Made by a program: the position numbers and the translations under genes
The notes under the pieces: model-generated
Told to the model about the DNA's origin: nothing
What the model saw: only the letters and a program-made list of their open reading frames with translations
The model's database searches: none
In this document: positions 45,137 through 56,131 of the stretch, piece after piece
How the letters are laid out: each line of letters begins with the position of its first letter
Position numbering within the stretch: position 1 is the stretch's first letter
Assembly: GCA_964651495.1 (NCBI GenBank)
Contig: CAZYWP010000004.1
Span: forward strand, 1,667-65,666
Source: an uncultured Eubacteriales bacterium
GTDB taxonomy: Bacteria > Acidobacteriota > Aminicenantia > Aminicenantales > UBA8522
Reading direction: 5' to 3'
Length of the DNA: 64,000 nt

Positions 45137-48100
45137 TTCGCGTGCCCACCAGGGAGAATTCGTTGCTGATGTCCCATTCCAGCCGGATAATCTCCTCCGT
45201 CTGTCTCGTCAGGTTGGTGGAATAATTGATGTAAAAGTCCCGGGAAATTTTCTTTCCCACTGTCAGTCGGGCCGTCATTTCCGCTGAAGAGCCCATGAGA
45301 AAGGGATCAATCCGGAAGCGGTCCAGGCTGAAGATCTGTTCCGCTCTCCGGGCTGCCTCCTCAGTCAGCTGGAAGGATAAAAGCGAGGCGGTGCTGAGCT
45401 GGGTGCTGGTCTCGGCCGAATACGACCTCTTAAAGGCCTCTCCCAAAGCAAGGAGGGCAAGAACATCCTCCGGGGGGAGCGGCGGGGACGAGCTGAATTC
45501 GGGTTTCAGTTGATCGAGCAGCCCGGTGAGAGTGAAGGTGACCCGGTAATCCTTGACATAGGTCTCGCCCCGGAAATCGAGGTAAGGTTCAATGGACGCC
45601 GGGTTGAAGAAACTGACCCGGCCCCGAAGGATCTGAAATTTCCGGTCCTGGAAGAAAACTTCACCGGAGAGGGTCTCGATATTTCCCAGGACGATCGGCG
45701 CCTGGACGCTGCCGGAGACGGTCAAGTCGAACCGGCCTCGCACCCGCCCCAGAGAATTCTCCATCCAGGCATTGTCCTCGCCTCGCAAACGAAGGTTAAG
45801 CGTGAGGTCATCAAAAAAGCCGGGCGGGCGCTGGACAGTGGGATCTGGGGTCGAGGAGAAGGCCAGCTTTTCATAGATTTCCCTCCTCCAGGAAAGCCTT
45901 TGGACGATGAAATCGCCGTCCAGGACGAAGCGGCTTTCGTCTTTGAGCAGCCTCAGGGAAACATCTGTCAGGGCCCGCGTCCGGTCGAGCGGAGAGAGGA
46001 GCAATCGTTCGCCTTCGGCTGTAACATCGATCCTTTCCACCCCGCCCCTCCCCAGCCGGATTTCACCCCCGCCCTGAATGTCTCCGCCGCCGAGCTTGCC
46101 CTTGATAGACCGGATCGAAGCCTGTCCGTTCTTCACCAGAATCAGGCCGGAGTAATCGGTCAGAGCATGGGCGAACTGGGGAAAGGGCAGGAGCGCACCC
46201 TGAAAATCCACTCCACCGCTGACGTCAAGACGGGGCAGGGTCCCGCGGACCTCGCCGATGTAATTCAGCTTGCCCTCCGCTCCCTTCCAGGGCAGGAGAA
46301 GGTCGAGGTTGCTGAAGCTTCCCTTGATACCGATCTCCAGAGCGTCCTTGACCAGCGGAATTTTCGCCTCGACCGAGAAGGGGTTGTCCCCGGTGAGGAA
46401 ATTCCCCTTGACGCGCAGTCCCAGTATATTCTTGGCCAGGTTGAGTCCGACCTCGCCCTCTGCCTCGGTCGGCTGGAGAAGGGCCAAACGCAAGTTCTTG
46501 GTCCCAAATCTGCCAGCAGCCGACTCCCCTTCCCTGGCTTCATTCCCTCTGAGCCGCAAAAAGAGCCTTCCGGATAGGCTGGGGCTGAAAGATGAAAGGT
46601 CGATATTTTCGGCCTCCAGGTCGAGCTCGAGGGCCTGGGTTTTCAATTCCAGGCGCCAGGAGCTGGAGATCTTGCCTCCGTAAAGTTCGCAGGTCAGCTG
46701 GGGAAAGACTAAATAATTGCCGTCCCAAGTGAGCCGGCCGGCGACATTGTGCAGCTCCTGGCGACTGAACTCGAGCCGGGGACTGGAAAAATCCCCATCG
46801 ACCCTGATCGCCTTATCCCGCTGGCTGACTTTGAACTCTCCGGCCGCCCGGCCCTCGAGGGGAAGCCGGAGGTTCAGGCCGGGAAGAATTCTTGCGACCT
46901 CCCCTTCGGCAAGACGAATGGCGACATCCAGGCCTTCGGCTCCCGAGAGCAGGTCGATATGGCCCCGAAAGGCGGGGTCATCGATGTCGAACCGGCCGGT
47001 GACAGTCTCCTTGATGACCTCGACCGAGCCGGTCGCCGCGGCCACATCATACCGGTCGAATCCGGCGGGCGAGAGGTCAAAATTCATCCGCACCTCGGGC
47101 GAGGAGAGCGGGCCACTGATTCGAACCACTGCCCGGCCCCGGCCCCGGATTTCGGGAAAGGTCAGAGGATTGGGGAGAACAAGGGACGTGAAATCCCGGC
47201 CGCCCTTGATGTCGCCGACATCCCCCTGGATGGTCACATCAACGCTGCTTCCGACGACCACTTTGCCGCTGACTTCCATCCGGCCGAAGCTCGTTTCGAG
47301 CTGCGGGGAGGAGAATCCGATATCCGCTTTGCGGTCCCAGGTGAACTGAACGGGACCGCGGAAAGGATACCTGCCCGGAGCTGGCTCCAGGCTCTGGTCG
47401 CGAAACTCGATATCGGCCTGGAACCGCCTGTCATCCAGGTCAAAACTTCCCCAGGCGGGCGACTGGACCGGCCAGGGCAGGGAAACGTAAGCAAGGATCG
47501 GGTCGAGATGGAAACCCTGCACTTCGCCCCGGACTCTCCCGGATTCGACCCGGATCAGGACCCGCTCCGTCCCTGTCTTTTTGAGGATGTCCAGGTCGAT
47601 GGCGAGCCCCGCCTTCGGCGCCAGCTCTAATCGTCCTCTGATTTTTCCCAGAGGGATTTGATTCAGTTCGAGGCCGTCAGCGGACAGGCTCGAAGAGATT
47701 CGGATCCCGGTCTTGGTGCGGATGAGATCGCCGTCTCCCTGGATCCGGCCTTTCCATTCCAAAGGCAGGGCGATTATCCGGCTCAGGGTTTCCATCTCCG
47801 CGCTGACGGAAGTCCTGAGCTGACCTTCCGGCTCCGGCAGCCCGGACAGGCTGCCCCTGGCCTTGATCAATATGTGAGGGCCGTGAAAGACGAATTTCTT
47901 GATCTCCAGCTGGTTGCCGCGGCCGGCCGCCACGAGGTTGATCCTGCCGGTCAGGGGCTCCCGGCTCGAGCCAAGCCATAAAGTGGAATCCTCCGCCTCG
48001 GCCCGGAAAGTCAAGGAATCCCCCTTATATCTGAGAGTGGCCCGGACGCCCTTGACCTGAGCGCTGGCCGTCTTTCCCCAGTAATAAAGCTCCCCCCCGG

Positions 48101-48491
48101 TCACCACGGCCTTTTCCAGGACGAAGGGAATGGGCAGGGTCAGCTTCAGCCCCAGTTTCTTTCCGCTTCCCTCTCCGGTTTCCGAGATTCTCAAGACCGG
48201 CTTTTGGATCACGATCGACAGCGGCTTCTCATTTCTGAAGAGAGACGCAAACGGCAGACTAACCGAGACCCGCTGGGCCGAGAAGAAGGGAGCGAGCGAG
48301 ACGGTCCGGACGTCATCCAGGACGACTGACGGGGGAAAGAGACGGAGATGGATGCGGTTGTAGGCTAGGACCGATTGGATTCTCTTGCTCACCTGGCCGA
48401 CGATGAAGTTCCGGAGATAGAGGCTTCCTCCGAGCAGCAACGCCACCAGGACCGAGAAGGCGACAAGGGACTTGATTCGTCTTCGGGTCAT
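45087..48491 (-). CDS. tamB: TamB-like translocation and assembly module protein (AsmA-like, C-terminal DUF490)
   Basis: 1134 aa. N-terminal signal anchor, long beta-rich repeats, and a C-terminus ...FYINYSTNL...IRLEWDISNEFSLVGTRNEFGRVSFDVKIRRRF typical of TamB. Confidence 0.85.
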   Translation of the reverse strand: MTRRRIKSLVAFSVLVALLLGGSLYLRNFIVGQVSKRIQSVLAYNRIHLRLFPPSVVLDDVRTVSLAPFFSAQRVSVSLPFASLFRNEKPLSIVIQKPVLRISETGEGSGKKLGLKLTLPIPFVLEKAVVTGGELYYWGKTASAQVKGVRATLRYKGDSLTFRAEAEDSTLWLGSSREPLTGRINLVAAGRGNQLEIKKFVFHGPHILIKARGSLSGLPEPEGQLRTSVSAEMETLSRIIALPLEWKGRIQGDGDLIRTKTGIRISSSLSADGLELNQIPLGKIRGRLELAPKAGLAIDLDILKKTGTERVLIRVESGRVRGEVQGFHLDPILAYVSLPWPVQSPAWGSFDLDDRRFQADIEFRDQSLEPAPGRYPFRGPVQFTWDRKADIGFSSPQLETSFGRMEVSGKVVVGSSVDVTIQGDVGDIKGGRDFTSLVLPNPLTFPEIRGRGRAVVRISGPLSSPEVRMNFDLSPAGFDRYDVAAATGSVEVIKETVTGRFDIDDPAFRGHIDLLSGAEGLDVAIRLAEGEVARILPGLNLRLPLEGRAAGEFKVSQRDKAIRVDGDFSSPRLEFSRQELHNVAGRLTWDGNYLVFPQLTCELYGGKISSSWRLELKTQALELDLEAENIDLSSFSPSLSGRLFLRLRGNEAREGESAAGRFGTKNLRLALLQPTEAEGEVGLNLAKNILGLRVKGNFLTGDNPFSVEAKIPLVKDALEIGIKGSFSNLDLLLPWKGAEGKLNYIGEVRGTLPRLDVSGGVDFQGALLPFPQFAHALTDYSGLILVKNGQASIRSIKGKLGGGDIQGGGEIRLGRGGVERIDVTAEGERLLLSPLDRTRALTDVSLRLLKDESRFVLDGDFIVQRLSWRREIYEKLAFSSTPDPTVQRPPGFFDDLTLNLRLRGEDNAWMENSLGRVRGRFDLTVSGSVQAPIVLGNIETLSGEVFFQDRKFQILRGRVSFFNPASIEPYLDFRGETYVKDYRVTFTLTGLLDQLKPEFSSSPPLPPEDVLALLALGEAFKRSYSAETSTQLSTASLLSFQLTEEAARRAEQIFSLDRFRIDPFLMGSSAEMTARLTVGKKISRDFYINYSTNLTRQTEEIIRLEWDISNEFSLVGTRNEFGRVSFDVKIRRRF

Positions 48492-48522
48492 TCTTCAGCC
48501 AGGAATCAATATACCATGAAAC

Positions 48523-49014
48523 TCATTCAACGCTGAAGAGGATGGAGCCTGCCTCGACATAATCGCCGGCCGAGAAATGAATCCGGCTGATGCGGCCGGG
48601 CCGGGGCGACTTGATCTCGTTCTGCATCTTCATCGCTTCGAGGACCAGGACCGGCTGGCCTTCTTTAACTGAATCTCCCGCCGCCGCCAGAACCTGGACG
48701 ATCCGGCCCGGCATCGTGATCTTGACATCCTTTTTCCTGGCCCGGCCTTTGTCCTCTCTCAGGATGCCGACCGCCGACCTTTTCTCCACCTGGAAGTTCC
48801 GGCCGTTTACGATCACCGAATGAGAGACGGTGTTGGAGTTGACGATGATATTGAACACCCTTCCGTCCACATTCAAGAGAAGCTCGTCCCGGCCGATGAA
48901 CTCAACGGAGACAGCGTATGATTTGTCCCCGACCCGCGCCTGGAAAACGTTCTTCCCTTTCTCCTCGAACCCGACCTTGAATTCCCGCTGCCCCAGCCAG
49001 AATTGGAAATTCAT
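48523..49014 (-). CDS. Biotin carboxyl carrier-type protein (biotinyl domain)
   Basis: C-terminal biotinylation motif VLEAMKMQNEI. The ~90-aa N-terminal domain is unassigned. Confidence 0.8.
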   Translation of the reverse strand: MNFQFWLGQREFKVGFEEKGKNVFQARVGDKSYAVSVEFIGRDELLLNVDGRVFNIIVNSNTVSHSVIVNGRNFQVEKRSAVGILREDKGRARKKDVKITMPGRIVQVLAAAGDSVKEGQPVLVLEAMKMQNEIKSPRPGRISRIHFSAGDYVEAGSILFSVE

Positions 49015-49015
49015 C

Positions 49016-50515
49016 TCACAGCCTGCCGTTCAGGTGTTCCATTCTTCCCTGAATCTTCCACGGATTTCCCCCTGGTTTCTCCCCGGGCTTCTCCTGTCTC
49101 TTAGCGTCCAGACGGCTCTTGATCCCGGCGGCGATCAAGGCGGCGATTTCCTCGGCCGGGTCCTCTCGGTCCCGCTCTTTCTCCAATTCGGAGATGAAAT
49201 GAGTGGTGTACCGGCCGGCCAGGAAGCGGGGATGGACGAGCATCCTCTCAAAAAAGGGGATGGTCGTCTTGATTCCGTACACTTGGTATTCGGCAAGAGC
49301 CCTCAACATCCGCCGGATGGCCTCTTCCCGCGACTTTCCCCAGGTGATGAGCTTGGAAAGGAGGGGATCATAATCGAGAGGAACGTCATAGCCCTGGTAA
49401 ATCCCGCTGTCGTCCCTCACTCCCAGCCCGGCCGGGGTGTGAAGATAGACGATCTTCCCCGGCGACGGCATAAAGTCGTTCGCCGGGTCCTCGGCCATGA
49501 TCCGGCATTCTATGGCGTGGCCCTGCGGCTTGATCTCCGCCTGGCGGTACGTCAGGGGAAGGCCGGCGGCAATCTCCAGCTGGCACCTGACCAGGTCGAT
49601 CCCCGTCACCATTTCGGTGATTGGATGCTCTACCTGAAGGCGGGCATTCATCTCCAGAAAATAAAAATTGCGCTCCCCGTCGACAATGAACTCGACCGTC
49701 CCGGCGTTTCGGTAGCCGATGCTAGCCGCGGCCTTGGTCGCCACCTCGCCCATCGCCCGGCGCGTTTCGTCATCCAGGAACGGCGAAGGCGTCTCTTCCA
49801 GGACCTTCTGGTAGCGGCGCTGCATGGAGCACTCCCTCTCCCCGAGAGAGACGACGCTCCCGAAATCATCGGCCAGGATCTGGATCTCGATGTGGTGCGG
49901 ATCACTGATGTATTTTTCGATGTAGATGGCGGGGTCAGCAAAACTCGACAGGGCCTCCGAGCGCGCGAGCTGAAAGGCGGAAAGAAGGTCGTCTTCCGAT
50001 TTGACCAGCCTCAGTCCTTTCCCTCCTCCGCCGGCCGCGGCTTTGAGGAGGAGCGGATACCCCACCTCCCGGGCCGTTCTTCGCAGCTCCTTTTCATCGC
50101 TGACGGGCTCCAGCGTCCCCGGAATGATAGGAACCCCGGCTTCAACCATCCTTTTCCGGGCCGAAGTCTTCTCCCCCATCAGCCGCATGGGCTCGGAAGG
50201 GGGGCCGATGAAAACGATCCCCTCTTCCTCGCATCTCTTGACGAACCGGGGATTCTCGGCCAGAAAACCATAGCCGGGATGAATGGCCTCGGCGCGGCAC
50301 CTTTTGGCCGTCTCGATCAGCCTCTCGATGTGGAGATAGCTCTCCGCGGGCGCGGCCTCCCCGATCCAGTAGGCTTCTTCGGCCAATCTCACGTGGAGGG
50401 CTTGGCGGTCGGCATCGGAATAGACGGCCGCCGGGATAACCTTCATCTCCCGGCAGGCGCGGATGACCCGGACGGCGATCTCGCCCCGGTTGGCGATTAA
50501 TATCTTCTTGAACAT
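49016..50515 (-). CDS. accC: Biotin carboxylase subunit of an acyl-CoA carboxylase
   Basis: MFKKILIANRGEIAVRVIRAC N-terminus and ATP-grasp motifs. 499 aa. Confidence 0.95.
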   Translation of the reverse strand: MFKKILIANRGEIAVRVIRACREMKVIPAAVYSDADRQALHVRLAEEAYWIGEAAPAESYLHIERLIETAKRCRAEAIHPGYGFLAENPRFVKRCEEEGIVFIGPPSEPMRLMGEKTSARKRMVEAGVPIIPGTLEPVSDEKELRRTAREVGYPLLLKAAAGGGGKGLRLVKSEDDLLSAFQLARSEALSSFADPAIYIEKYISDPHHIEIQILADDFGSVVSLGERECSMQRRYQKVLEETPSPFLDDETRRAMGEVATKAAASIGYRNAGTVEFIVDGERNFYFLEMNARLQVEHPITEMVTGIDLVRCQLEIAAGLPLTYRQAEIKPQGHAIECRIMAEDPANDFMPSPGKIVYLHTPAGLGVRDDSGIYQGYDVPLDYDPLLSKLITWGKSREEAIRRMLRALAEYQVYGIKTTIPFFERMLVHPRFLAGRYTTHFISELEKERDREDPAEEIAALIAAGIKSRLDAKRQEKPGEKPGGNPWKIQGRMEHLNGRL

Positions 50516-52066
50516 TTACAGTGGGATGTTGCCGTGTTTCCTGGGCGGATTCTTGTCCCGTTTGTTCTCCAGCATCCGGAGGGCGGCGATGAGCTTGGGC
50601 CGGGTAGAGCGCGGCTCGATGACCTCGTCAAGATACCCTTTTTCGCAGGCGATATAGGGATTGGCGAATTTCTCGCGGAACTCGGCAATCCTGGCCTGCC
50701 TGACGGTCTCGGATGCCGATTTCGCTTCGAACTCGCGCTTGTAGACGATCTTCACCGCCCCTTCGGGCCCCATCACGGCGATCTCGGCCGTGGGATAGGC
50801 GAAATTGATGTCGGCCCGGATATGCTTGGAGGCCATGACGCAATACGCCCCGCCGTAGGCCTTGCGGGTGATGACCGTGACTTTGGGCACGGTGGCCTCG
50901 GCAAAGGCGTACAGAAGCTTGGCGCCATGTCGGATGATGCCGCCGTGTTCCTGGGCGACGCCCGGAAGAAACCCGGGGACATCCTCGAACGTGATCAGGG
51001 GAATGTTAAAGGCATCGCAAAAGCGGACGAAACGGGCACCCTTATCGGAGGCGTTGATATCCAGGGCCCCCGCCAGATGGTCCGGCTGGTTGGCCACCAC
51101 GGCGACCGGCTTCCCGGCTAGACGGCCGAAACCGATGACAATGTTCTTGGCCCATTCCGCCTGAACCTCCAGGAAGTTGCTGTCATCCACCACTTCCTTG
51201 ATCACTCTGCGGATGTCATAGGGCAGGTAGGGGTCGTCCGGGACGATCAGGTTCATGTCTTCGCTCGTCCGGTCCCACGGGTCGGATGTCTCCTTCTCCG
51301 GGGGGTCCTCGAGGTTGTTGTTGGGAATGTATGACAGGAGCTCCCGGATGAGCGAAAGGGCATGCGGCTCGTTTTCGGCGGCGAAATGAGCCACGCCGCT
51401 CAGGGCGTTGTGGGTCTCCGCGCCGCCCAGTTCCTCCATGCTGACGTCTTCATGGGTGACCGCTTTGATGACGTCGGGTCCGGTGATGAACATATTGCTG
51501 ATCTCTTTGGTCATGATGACGAAATCGGTGATGGCGGGGGAATAGACCGCCCCGCCCGCGCAGGGCCCCATGATGGCGGAAATCTGCGGGATGACTCCGG
51601 AGGCCAGAACGTTGCGCAGAAAAATATCCGCGTACCCGCCCAGGCTGGCCACTCCCTCCTGAATGCGCGCCCCACCCGAATCATTGAGCCCGATGAGGGG
51701 CGCTCCGACCTTCATGGCCAGGTCCATGATCTTGACGATCTTGGCGGCGTTGGCGGCGCTGAGGGACCCCCCGAAGACTGTGAAGTCCTGGGCGAAAACG
51801 AAGACCTGGCGGCCCTCGATCCGGCCGTAGCCGGAAACGACGCCGTCTCCGTGAATCCGCTTTTTTTCCATCCCAAAATCCTGGCTGTCGTGGACGACGA
51901 GCTTGTCCATCTCCTCGAAAGACCCCTCATCCAGGAGAAGGCTGATCCTTTCCCGCGCGGTCAGCTTGCCGGCCTGGTGCTGCTTCCCGATCCGGTCGGC
52001 GCCGCCGCCCAGCTCGGCCAGCCTGTTTTTTTCCCGGAGGTTGCCGATTTTTTTCTCGATGCTCAT
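50516..52066 (-). CDS. Acyl-CoA carboxylase carboxyltransferase subunit (PccB/AccD5-like)
   Basis: 516 aa, two crotonase-like halves, [10 protein letters not shown] motif. Starts immediately upstream of accC with no gap. Confidence 0.9.
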   Translation of the reverse strand: MSIEKKIGNLREKNRLAELGGGADRIGKQHQAGKLTARERISLLLDEGSFEEMDKLVVHDSQDFGMEKKRIHGDGVVSGYGRIEGRQVFVFAQDFTVFGGSLSAANAAKIVKIMDLAMKVGAPLIGLNDSGGARIQEGVASLGGYADIFLRNVLASGVIPQISAIMGPCAGGAVYSPAITDFVIMTKEISNMFITGPDVIKAVTHEDVSMEELGGAETHNALSGVAHFAAENEPHALSLIRELLSYIPNNNLEDPPEKETSDPWDRTSEDMNLIVPDDPYLPYDIRRVIKEVVDDSNFLEVQAEWAKNIVIGFGRLAGKPVAVVANQPDHLAGALDINASDKGARFVRFCDAFNIPLITFEDVPGFLPGVAQEHGGIIRHGAKLLYAFAEATVPKVTVITRKAYGGAYCVMASKHIRADINFAYPTAEIAVMGPEGAVKIVYKREFEAKSASETVRQARIAEFREKFANPYIACEKGYLDEVIEPRSTRPKLIAALRMLENKRDKNPPRKHGNIPL

Positions 52067-52088
52067 GTTGACCTATCCGCAGATGAGA

Positions 52089-52733
52089 TTACTTTTTCAC
52101 CTTTCCCCAGTCTTGCAAAAATTTTTCCATTCCGCTGTCGGTCAGAGGATGCTTGACCAGCTTGGCGATCACGGAAAAGGGGATGGTGGCGATGTCCGCC
52201 CCGAGGAGAGCCGCATCGACCACTTGCCGGGGATGACGGATGCTGGCCACGATGACCTCGGTCTCGAAGCCGTAGTTGTCGAAAATGATGAGGATTTCTT
52301 TGACCAGGCCCATGCCTTCCTGGGAAATGTCGTCCAGGCGCCCGATGAACGGGCTGACGTAGCGCGACCCGGCCTTGGCCGCGAGAAGGGCCTGGGTGGA
52401 GGAAAAAACCAGAGTGGTGTTGACACTGATGCCCTCTTGAGCCAGAACCCGCGTCGCTTTGAGGCCGTCCAGCCCAACGGGAATCTTGACCACGACGTTG
52501 GGCGCGATCTTGGCCAATTCCCGGGCCTCGGGGATGATCTCCTCGGCTCTGGTCATGACACACTCAACGCTGACCGGGCCGGGACAGACCCGGCAGATCT
52601 CCTTGATGAGGTCCTCAAAACGCGCGCTCTCCTTGGAACAGAGAGACGGATTGGTGGTGACTCCGTCCAGGATTCCCCATCCGGCCACATCCCTGATTTC
52701 AGTTAGGTTCGCGGTGTCCAGAAAAAATTTCAT
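52089..52733 (-). CDS. Transaldolase / fructose-6-phosphate aldolase family (short type)
   Basis: MKFFLDTANLTEIRDVAGWGILDGVTTNPSL and the VVKIP Schiff-base lysine region. 214 aa. Confidence 0.9.
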   Translation of the reverse strand: MKFFLDTANLTEIRDVAGWGILDGVTTNPSLCSKESARFEDLIKEICRVCPGPVSVECVMTRAEEIIPEARELAKIAPNVVVKIPVGLDGLKATRVLAQEGISVNTTLVFSSTQALLAAKAGSRYVSPFIGRLDDISQEGMGLVKEILIIFDNYGFETEVIVASIRHPRQVVDAALLGADIATIPFSVIAKLVKHPLTDSGMEKFLQDWGKVKK

Positions 52734-52887
52734 CGGTCCTCCCTAACGTCTGCTCATTCTTGCATCGGCTTCGCCGGTTTCGGCCTCCGCTCTCCGCCGG
52801 AACTTCCGGCCTTCAACCTGTCTTTTCTCATCTGCGTCAGAACGCAGATCCCGCCAGCCGGCCCGCCCACAGTCTTCCGATCGTTGT

Positions 52888-53655
52888 CTATGAATCGATT
52901 TTCCTGACCGTGTTGGACAGGGTCCCGATTCCCTCGATCTGGACATCCACCCGGTCCCCGGGCGTCAGCGGGCCGATCCCGGCCGGAGTCCCCGTCGTTA
53001 TGATATCGCCGGGCAGAAGAGTCATCACCCCGGAGATAAAGCGGATGAGCCTGGGCACGGGAAAAATCATGTTCGCGGTGCTGGCGGACTGTCTGAGCTT
53101 TCCGTTGAGGAATGTCTTGACCCGCAGCCGGGAAGGGTCAAGTCCCGTGGCGATGCAGGGCCCGACCGGGGCAAACGTATCGAACGATTTAGCCCGGGTG
53201 AACTGAACATCTTTCTGCTGAAGGTCACGAGCGGTGACGTCGTTCAGGCAGGTGTAGCCGAGGATGTAGGGGCTTACATCGTCATCTTCCTCGATATCCT
53301 TCGCCATTTTTTTAATGACCACGGCCAACTCCCCTTCATAGTCGACCCGCCAGCTGGTCTTGGGATAAATGATCGCCTCATGGGGGCCGATGACCGCCGA
53401 GGGCGGCTTCAGGAAAATCAACGGCTCTTCCGGAAGCCGGCGTCCCATTTCCCGGCCGTGGGCCCGGTAATTCGTTCCGACCGCGACGATCTTACTGGGA
53501 TCGACCGGGGGCAGAAGGGAGACCGAGCCGATAGCGATCCCCTTCTCCGCGATCCTGAATTCGGCGAAAATGGACCCTTCGATCGGGTAGAGCGTTTCTG
53601 TTTTGAGCGCGCCGTACAGTGTTTTCCCGCGGTGTTTGAAGCGGTAGATCTTCAA
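52888..53655 (-). CDS. Fumarylacetoacetate hydrolase (FAH) family protein
   Basis: 255 aa. YEGELAVVI and GDIITTGTPAGIG motifs. TTG start overlaps the upstream stop (TTGA). Confidence 0.85.
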   Translation of the reverse strand: MKIYRFKHRGKTLYGALKTETLYPIEGSIFAEFRIAEKGIAIGSVSLLPPVDPSKIVAVGTNYRAHGREMGRRLPEEPLIFLKPPSAVIGPHEAIIYPKTSWRVDYEGELAVVIKKMAKDIEEDDDVSPYILGYTCLNDVTARDLQQKDVQFTRAKSFDTFAPVGPCIATGLDPSRLRVKTFLNGKLRQSASTANMIFPVPRLIRFISGVMTLLPGDIITTGTPAGIGPLTPGDRVDVQIEGIGTLSNTVRKIDS

Positions 53656-54740
53656 GCCGGACCATCCCTCATGACACCGCTCGCCGGACTGGATTTCGGG
53701 CTCTCATTCCCGGCGGTGTCCAAAGCAGTTATAGCATAAACATATCGCTTGTTCTTTTCAACTCCGGAATCGGAATAGGAGTTCTCGGTCGCGGCCAGCT
53801 CTTGGAGAAGTGCAAACGCGGCCTGTTTCTCCTCTCTGCGCCAGACCCTGTAGCCCGCGAGATCGGGCTCCGGGCCGGCCTCCCAGCTCAAGGCGATAAC
53901 GCCCGCCCCGGCCACGGCCGTCAGGCCCGTCGGCGCCGCCGGGGGAAAAACGTCTTTGGCTTCGACTTCGACGACTTCCGAGTCCTCGCTCTCCGCCAGA
54001 GGTCGGGAACCCGAGGCCGCCGCCCGGATAAAATAGCGGTAGGTCCGGCCGAAAACGATATCTCCGTCACGAAATTCCAGTCCCTTGACCGGGGAAGGAT
54101 TTACAGCCGCCGCCGTCGCTTTCTCTTCCGAGCGATAGATGTTGTAGGCGAACGGCTCGGCCGCGACGGCCGCCTCAGTTTTCACCGCGGAGGCCTCCCA
54201 GCGGACCTCGATATGATCCGAAAAGACTGTGGCCCGGACGCGGCGGGGCGGGTCCGGCATCGCCCGGACCTCGATGGAACGGGGCTCCGAAAAATCGGAA
54301 ACCCGTTTTTTTGCATCCTGGGCCCTCAGGGCGAAGGTCAAGATCCTGGTGCCGTCTCCACCCTTCTCCGGAACATGCACATAGGATAGTCCGGCTTCCG
54401 TTCCGCCGTCGCGGAGAGGCGATGCCGGCTGACTTTGCTTGACCCTGGCCAGGAGCTCCGCCCGGCCCCGGAAATCCTCTATTGACACTTCCTCTTTAGA
54501 GGTCTCCTTGTCTTCGGCCATCCAGATTTCGACCTCGGAAACGGACGGCAGGGGATTCCCGTCCACGTAAGCGGACGGGTTGGTCCAGGTCAGAATGACC
54601 TGCCCCCCCCGCTGACTCAAGGTCAGGTTCTGGACCGGCTGGGGAACGCGGACGAGTGGCGGCAGGAGCGGACCCTTCTTGCCGCAGAAGGAAAAAAGAA
54701 GGCCGCAGAATAAGGAGAGCAGAATGGCGCGCCTGATCAT
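53652..54740 (-). CDS. Lipoprotein with three fibronectin type III-like domains, function unknown
   Basis: Lipobox LLFSFCG. Three repeats of the PxxV..L.......v.L.W pattern. I prefer the ATG at 54740 (it overlaps the hslU stop as TGATG) to the TTG at 54743. Confidence 0.55.
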   Translation of the reverse strand: MIRRAILLSLFCGLLFSFCGKKGPLLPPLVRVPQPVQNLTLSQRGGQVILTWTNPSAYVDGNPLPSVSEVEIWMAEDKETSKEEVSIEDFRGRAELLARVKQSQPASPLRDGGTEAGLSYVHVPEKGGDGTRILTFALRAQDAKKRVSDFSEPRSIEVRAMPDPPRRVRATVFSDHIEVRWEASAVKTEAAVAAEPFAYNIYRSEEKATAAAVNPSPVKGLEFRDGDIVFGRTYRYFIRAAASGSRPLAESEDSEVVEVEAKDVFPPAAPTGLTAVAGAGVIALSWEAGPEPDLAGYRVWRREEKQAAFALLQELAATENSYSDSGVEKNKRYVYAITALDTAGNESPKSSPASGVMRDGPA

Positions 54741-56131
54741 CAAAGGATGAACCGCCGGAGGTCCTGGTCCTTGAGGATGTCCTCGAGCTGCCTCTCGACG
54801 TAAGCCTTGTCGATCAGGATGTTTTTCTCCTTGATGTCCGGGGCGGCGAAGGAAATCTCCTCCATGACCTTCTCGAGGATCGTGTGAAGGCGGCGGGCTC
54901 CGATGTTTTCCGATTCCTCGTTGACTTTCTCGGCGATCTCGGCGATGACGTCGACCGCGTCCGGGCTGAACTCGACCCCCACGCCTTCGGTCTCCATCAG
55001 GGCCATATATTGCTTGATCAGGGCATTCTCCGGCTCGACGAGGATGCGGATGAAATCCTCCGTGTGCAGGGAGGTCAGCTCGACACGGATAGGAAACCGG
55101 CCCTGAAGTTCGGGGATCAAGTCGGACGGCTTGGAGACGTGAAAGGCGCCCGCCCCGATGAAGAGAATGTGGTCGGTCCGGACCAGGCCGTAGCGGGTGT
55201 TGACCGTCGTCCCCTCGATAATCGGCAGCAGGTCGCGCTGCACGCCCTCCCGGCTCACCTCGGGTCCGTGTCCCGACTCGCGGCCGGCGATCTTGTCGAC
55301 TTCGTCCAGGAAGATGATTCCCGAGTGCTCGACCCGCTCGACGGCCAGCCGGGATACCTGGTCCATGTCCACCAGGCGCTTTTCCTCGTCTTCCATCAGG
55401 AATTCCCGGGCTTCCTTGATCTTGATTTTTCTCTTCTTGGATTTTCCGCCCAGAAAACCGGGAATGATTTCCTGGATATGGATGCCGATCTCCTCCACTC
55501 CGGCATTGGAAAAAATCTCGAACGGCGAGCTCATTTTCTCCTTGATTTCGACCTCGATCAGGCGTTCTTCGAGGAGGCCGTCCTGGAGCTGCCGGCGCAG
55601 CTTTTCCCGGGTTTCCTGGAAGCGGGCGTAATCGCCTTCGGCCAGGACGTTCTCTTTTCGGCGCAACGGCGGCAGGAGGAGGTCGAGGATCTTCTCTTCG
55701 ACGTTGGTCACGGCCTTATCCCTGATCTCCGCAATTTTTTCCTGTTTGACCATGTCGAAGGAGATGCGGACGAGGTCCCGGATCATGGATTCGACATCCC
55801 GGCCCACATATCCGACTTCGGTGAACTTGCTGGCCTCGATCTTGAGAAAGGGCGAGGAGGTCAGCTTGGCCAGGCGGCGGGAAATCTCGGTCTTTCCGAC
55901 CCCGGTAGGTCCGATCATCAGGATGTTCTTGGGAGCGATTTCATCGGCCAGCTCGGGGGGCAGCTTGCGGCGCCGGTAGCGGTTCCGCAGGGCGATGGCG
56001 ACTGCCCGCTTGGCCGCCCTCTGGCCGATGATGTACTTGTCCAGCTCGGCGACGATTTCCTTCGGCGTCAGCTCGGTTTCTCTCGCCTCAGCGGCGGGAT
56101 TTTCCGTTGATTTGAGCAGCGCGACAGCCAT
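54740..56131 (-). CDS. hslU: ATP-dependent protease ATPase subunit HslU
   Basis: [17 protein letters not shown] and Walker [11 protein letters not shown]. 463 aa. Confidence 0.95.
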   Translation of the reverse strand: MAVALLKSTENPAAEARETELTPKEIVAELDKYIIGQRAAKRAVAIALRNRYRRRKLPPELADEIAPKNILMIGPTGVGKTEISRRLAKLTSSPFLKIEASKFTEVGYVGRDVESMIRDLVRISFDMVKQEKIAEIRDKAVTNVEEKILDLLLPPLRRKENVLAEGDYARFQETREKLRRQLQDGLLEERLIEVEIKEKMSSPFEIFSNAGVEEIGIHIQEIIPGFLGGKSKKRKIKIKEAREFLMEDEEKRLVDMDQVSRLAVERVEHSGIIFLDEVDKIAGRESGHGPEVSREGVQRDLLPIIEGTTVNTRYGLVRTDHILFIGAGAFHVSKPSDLIPELQGRFPIRVELTSLHTEDFIRILVEPENALIKQYMALMETEGVGVEFSPDAVDVIAEIAEKVNEESENIGARRLHTILEKVMEEISFAAPDIKEKNILIDKAYVERQLEDILKDQDLRRFIL

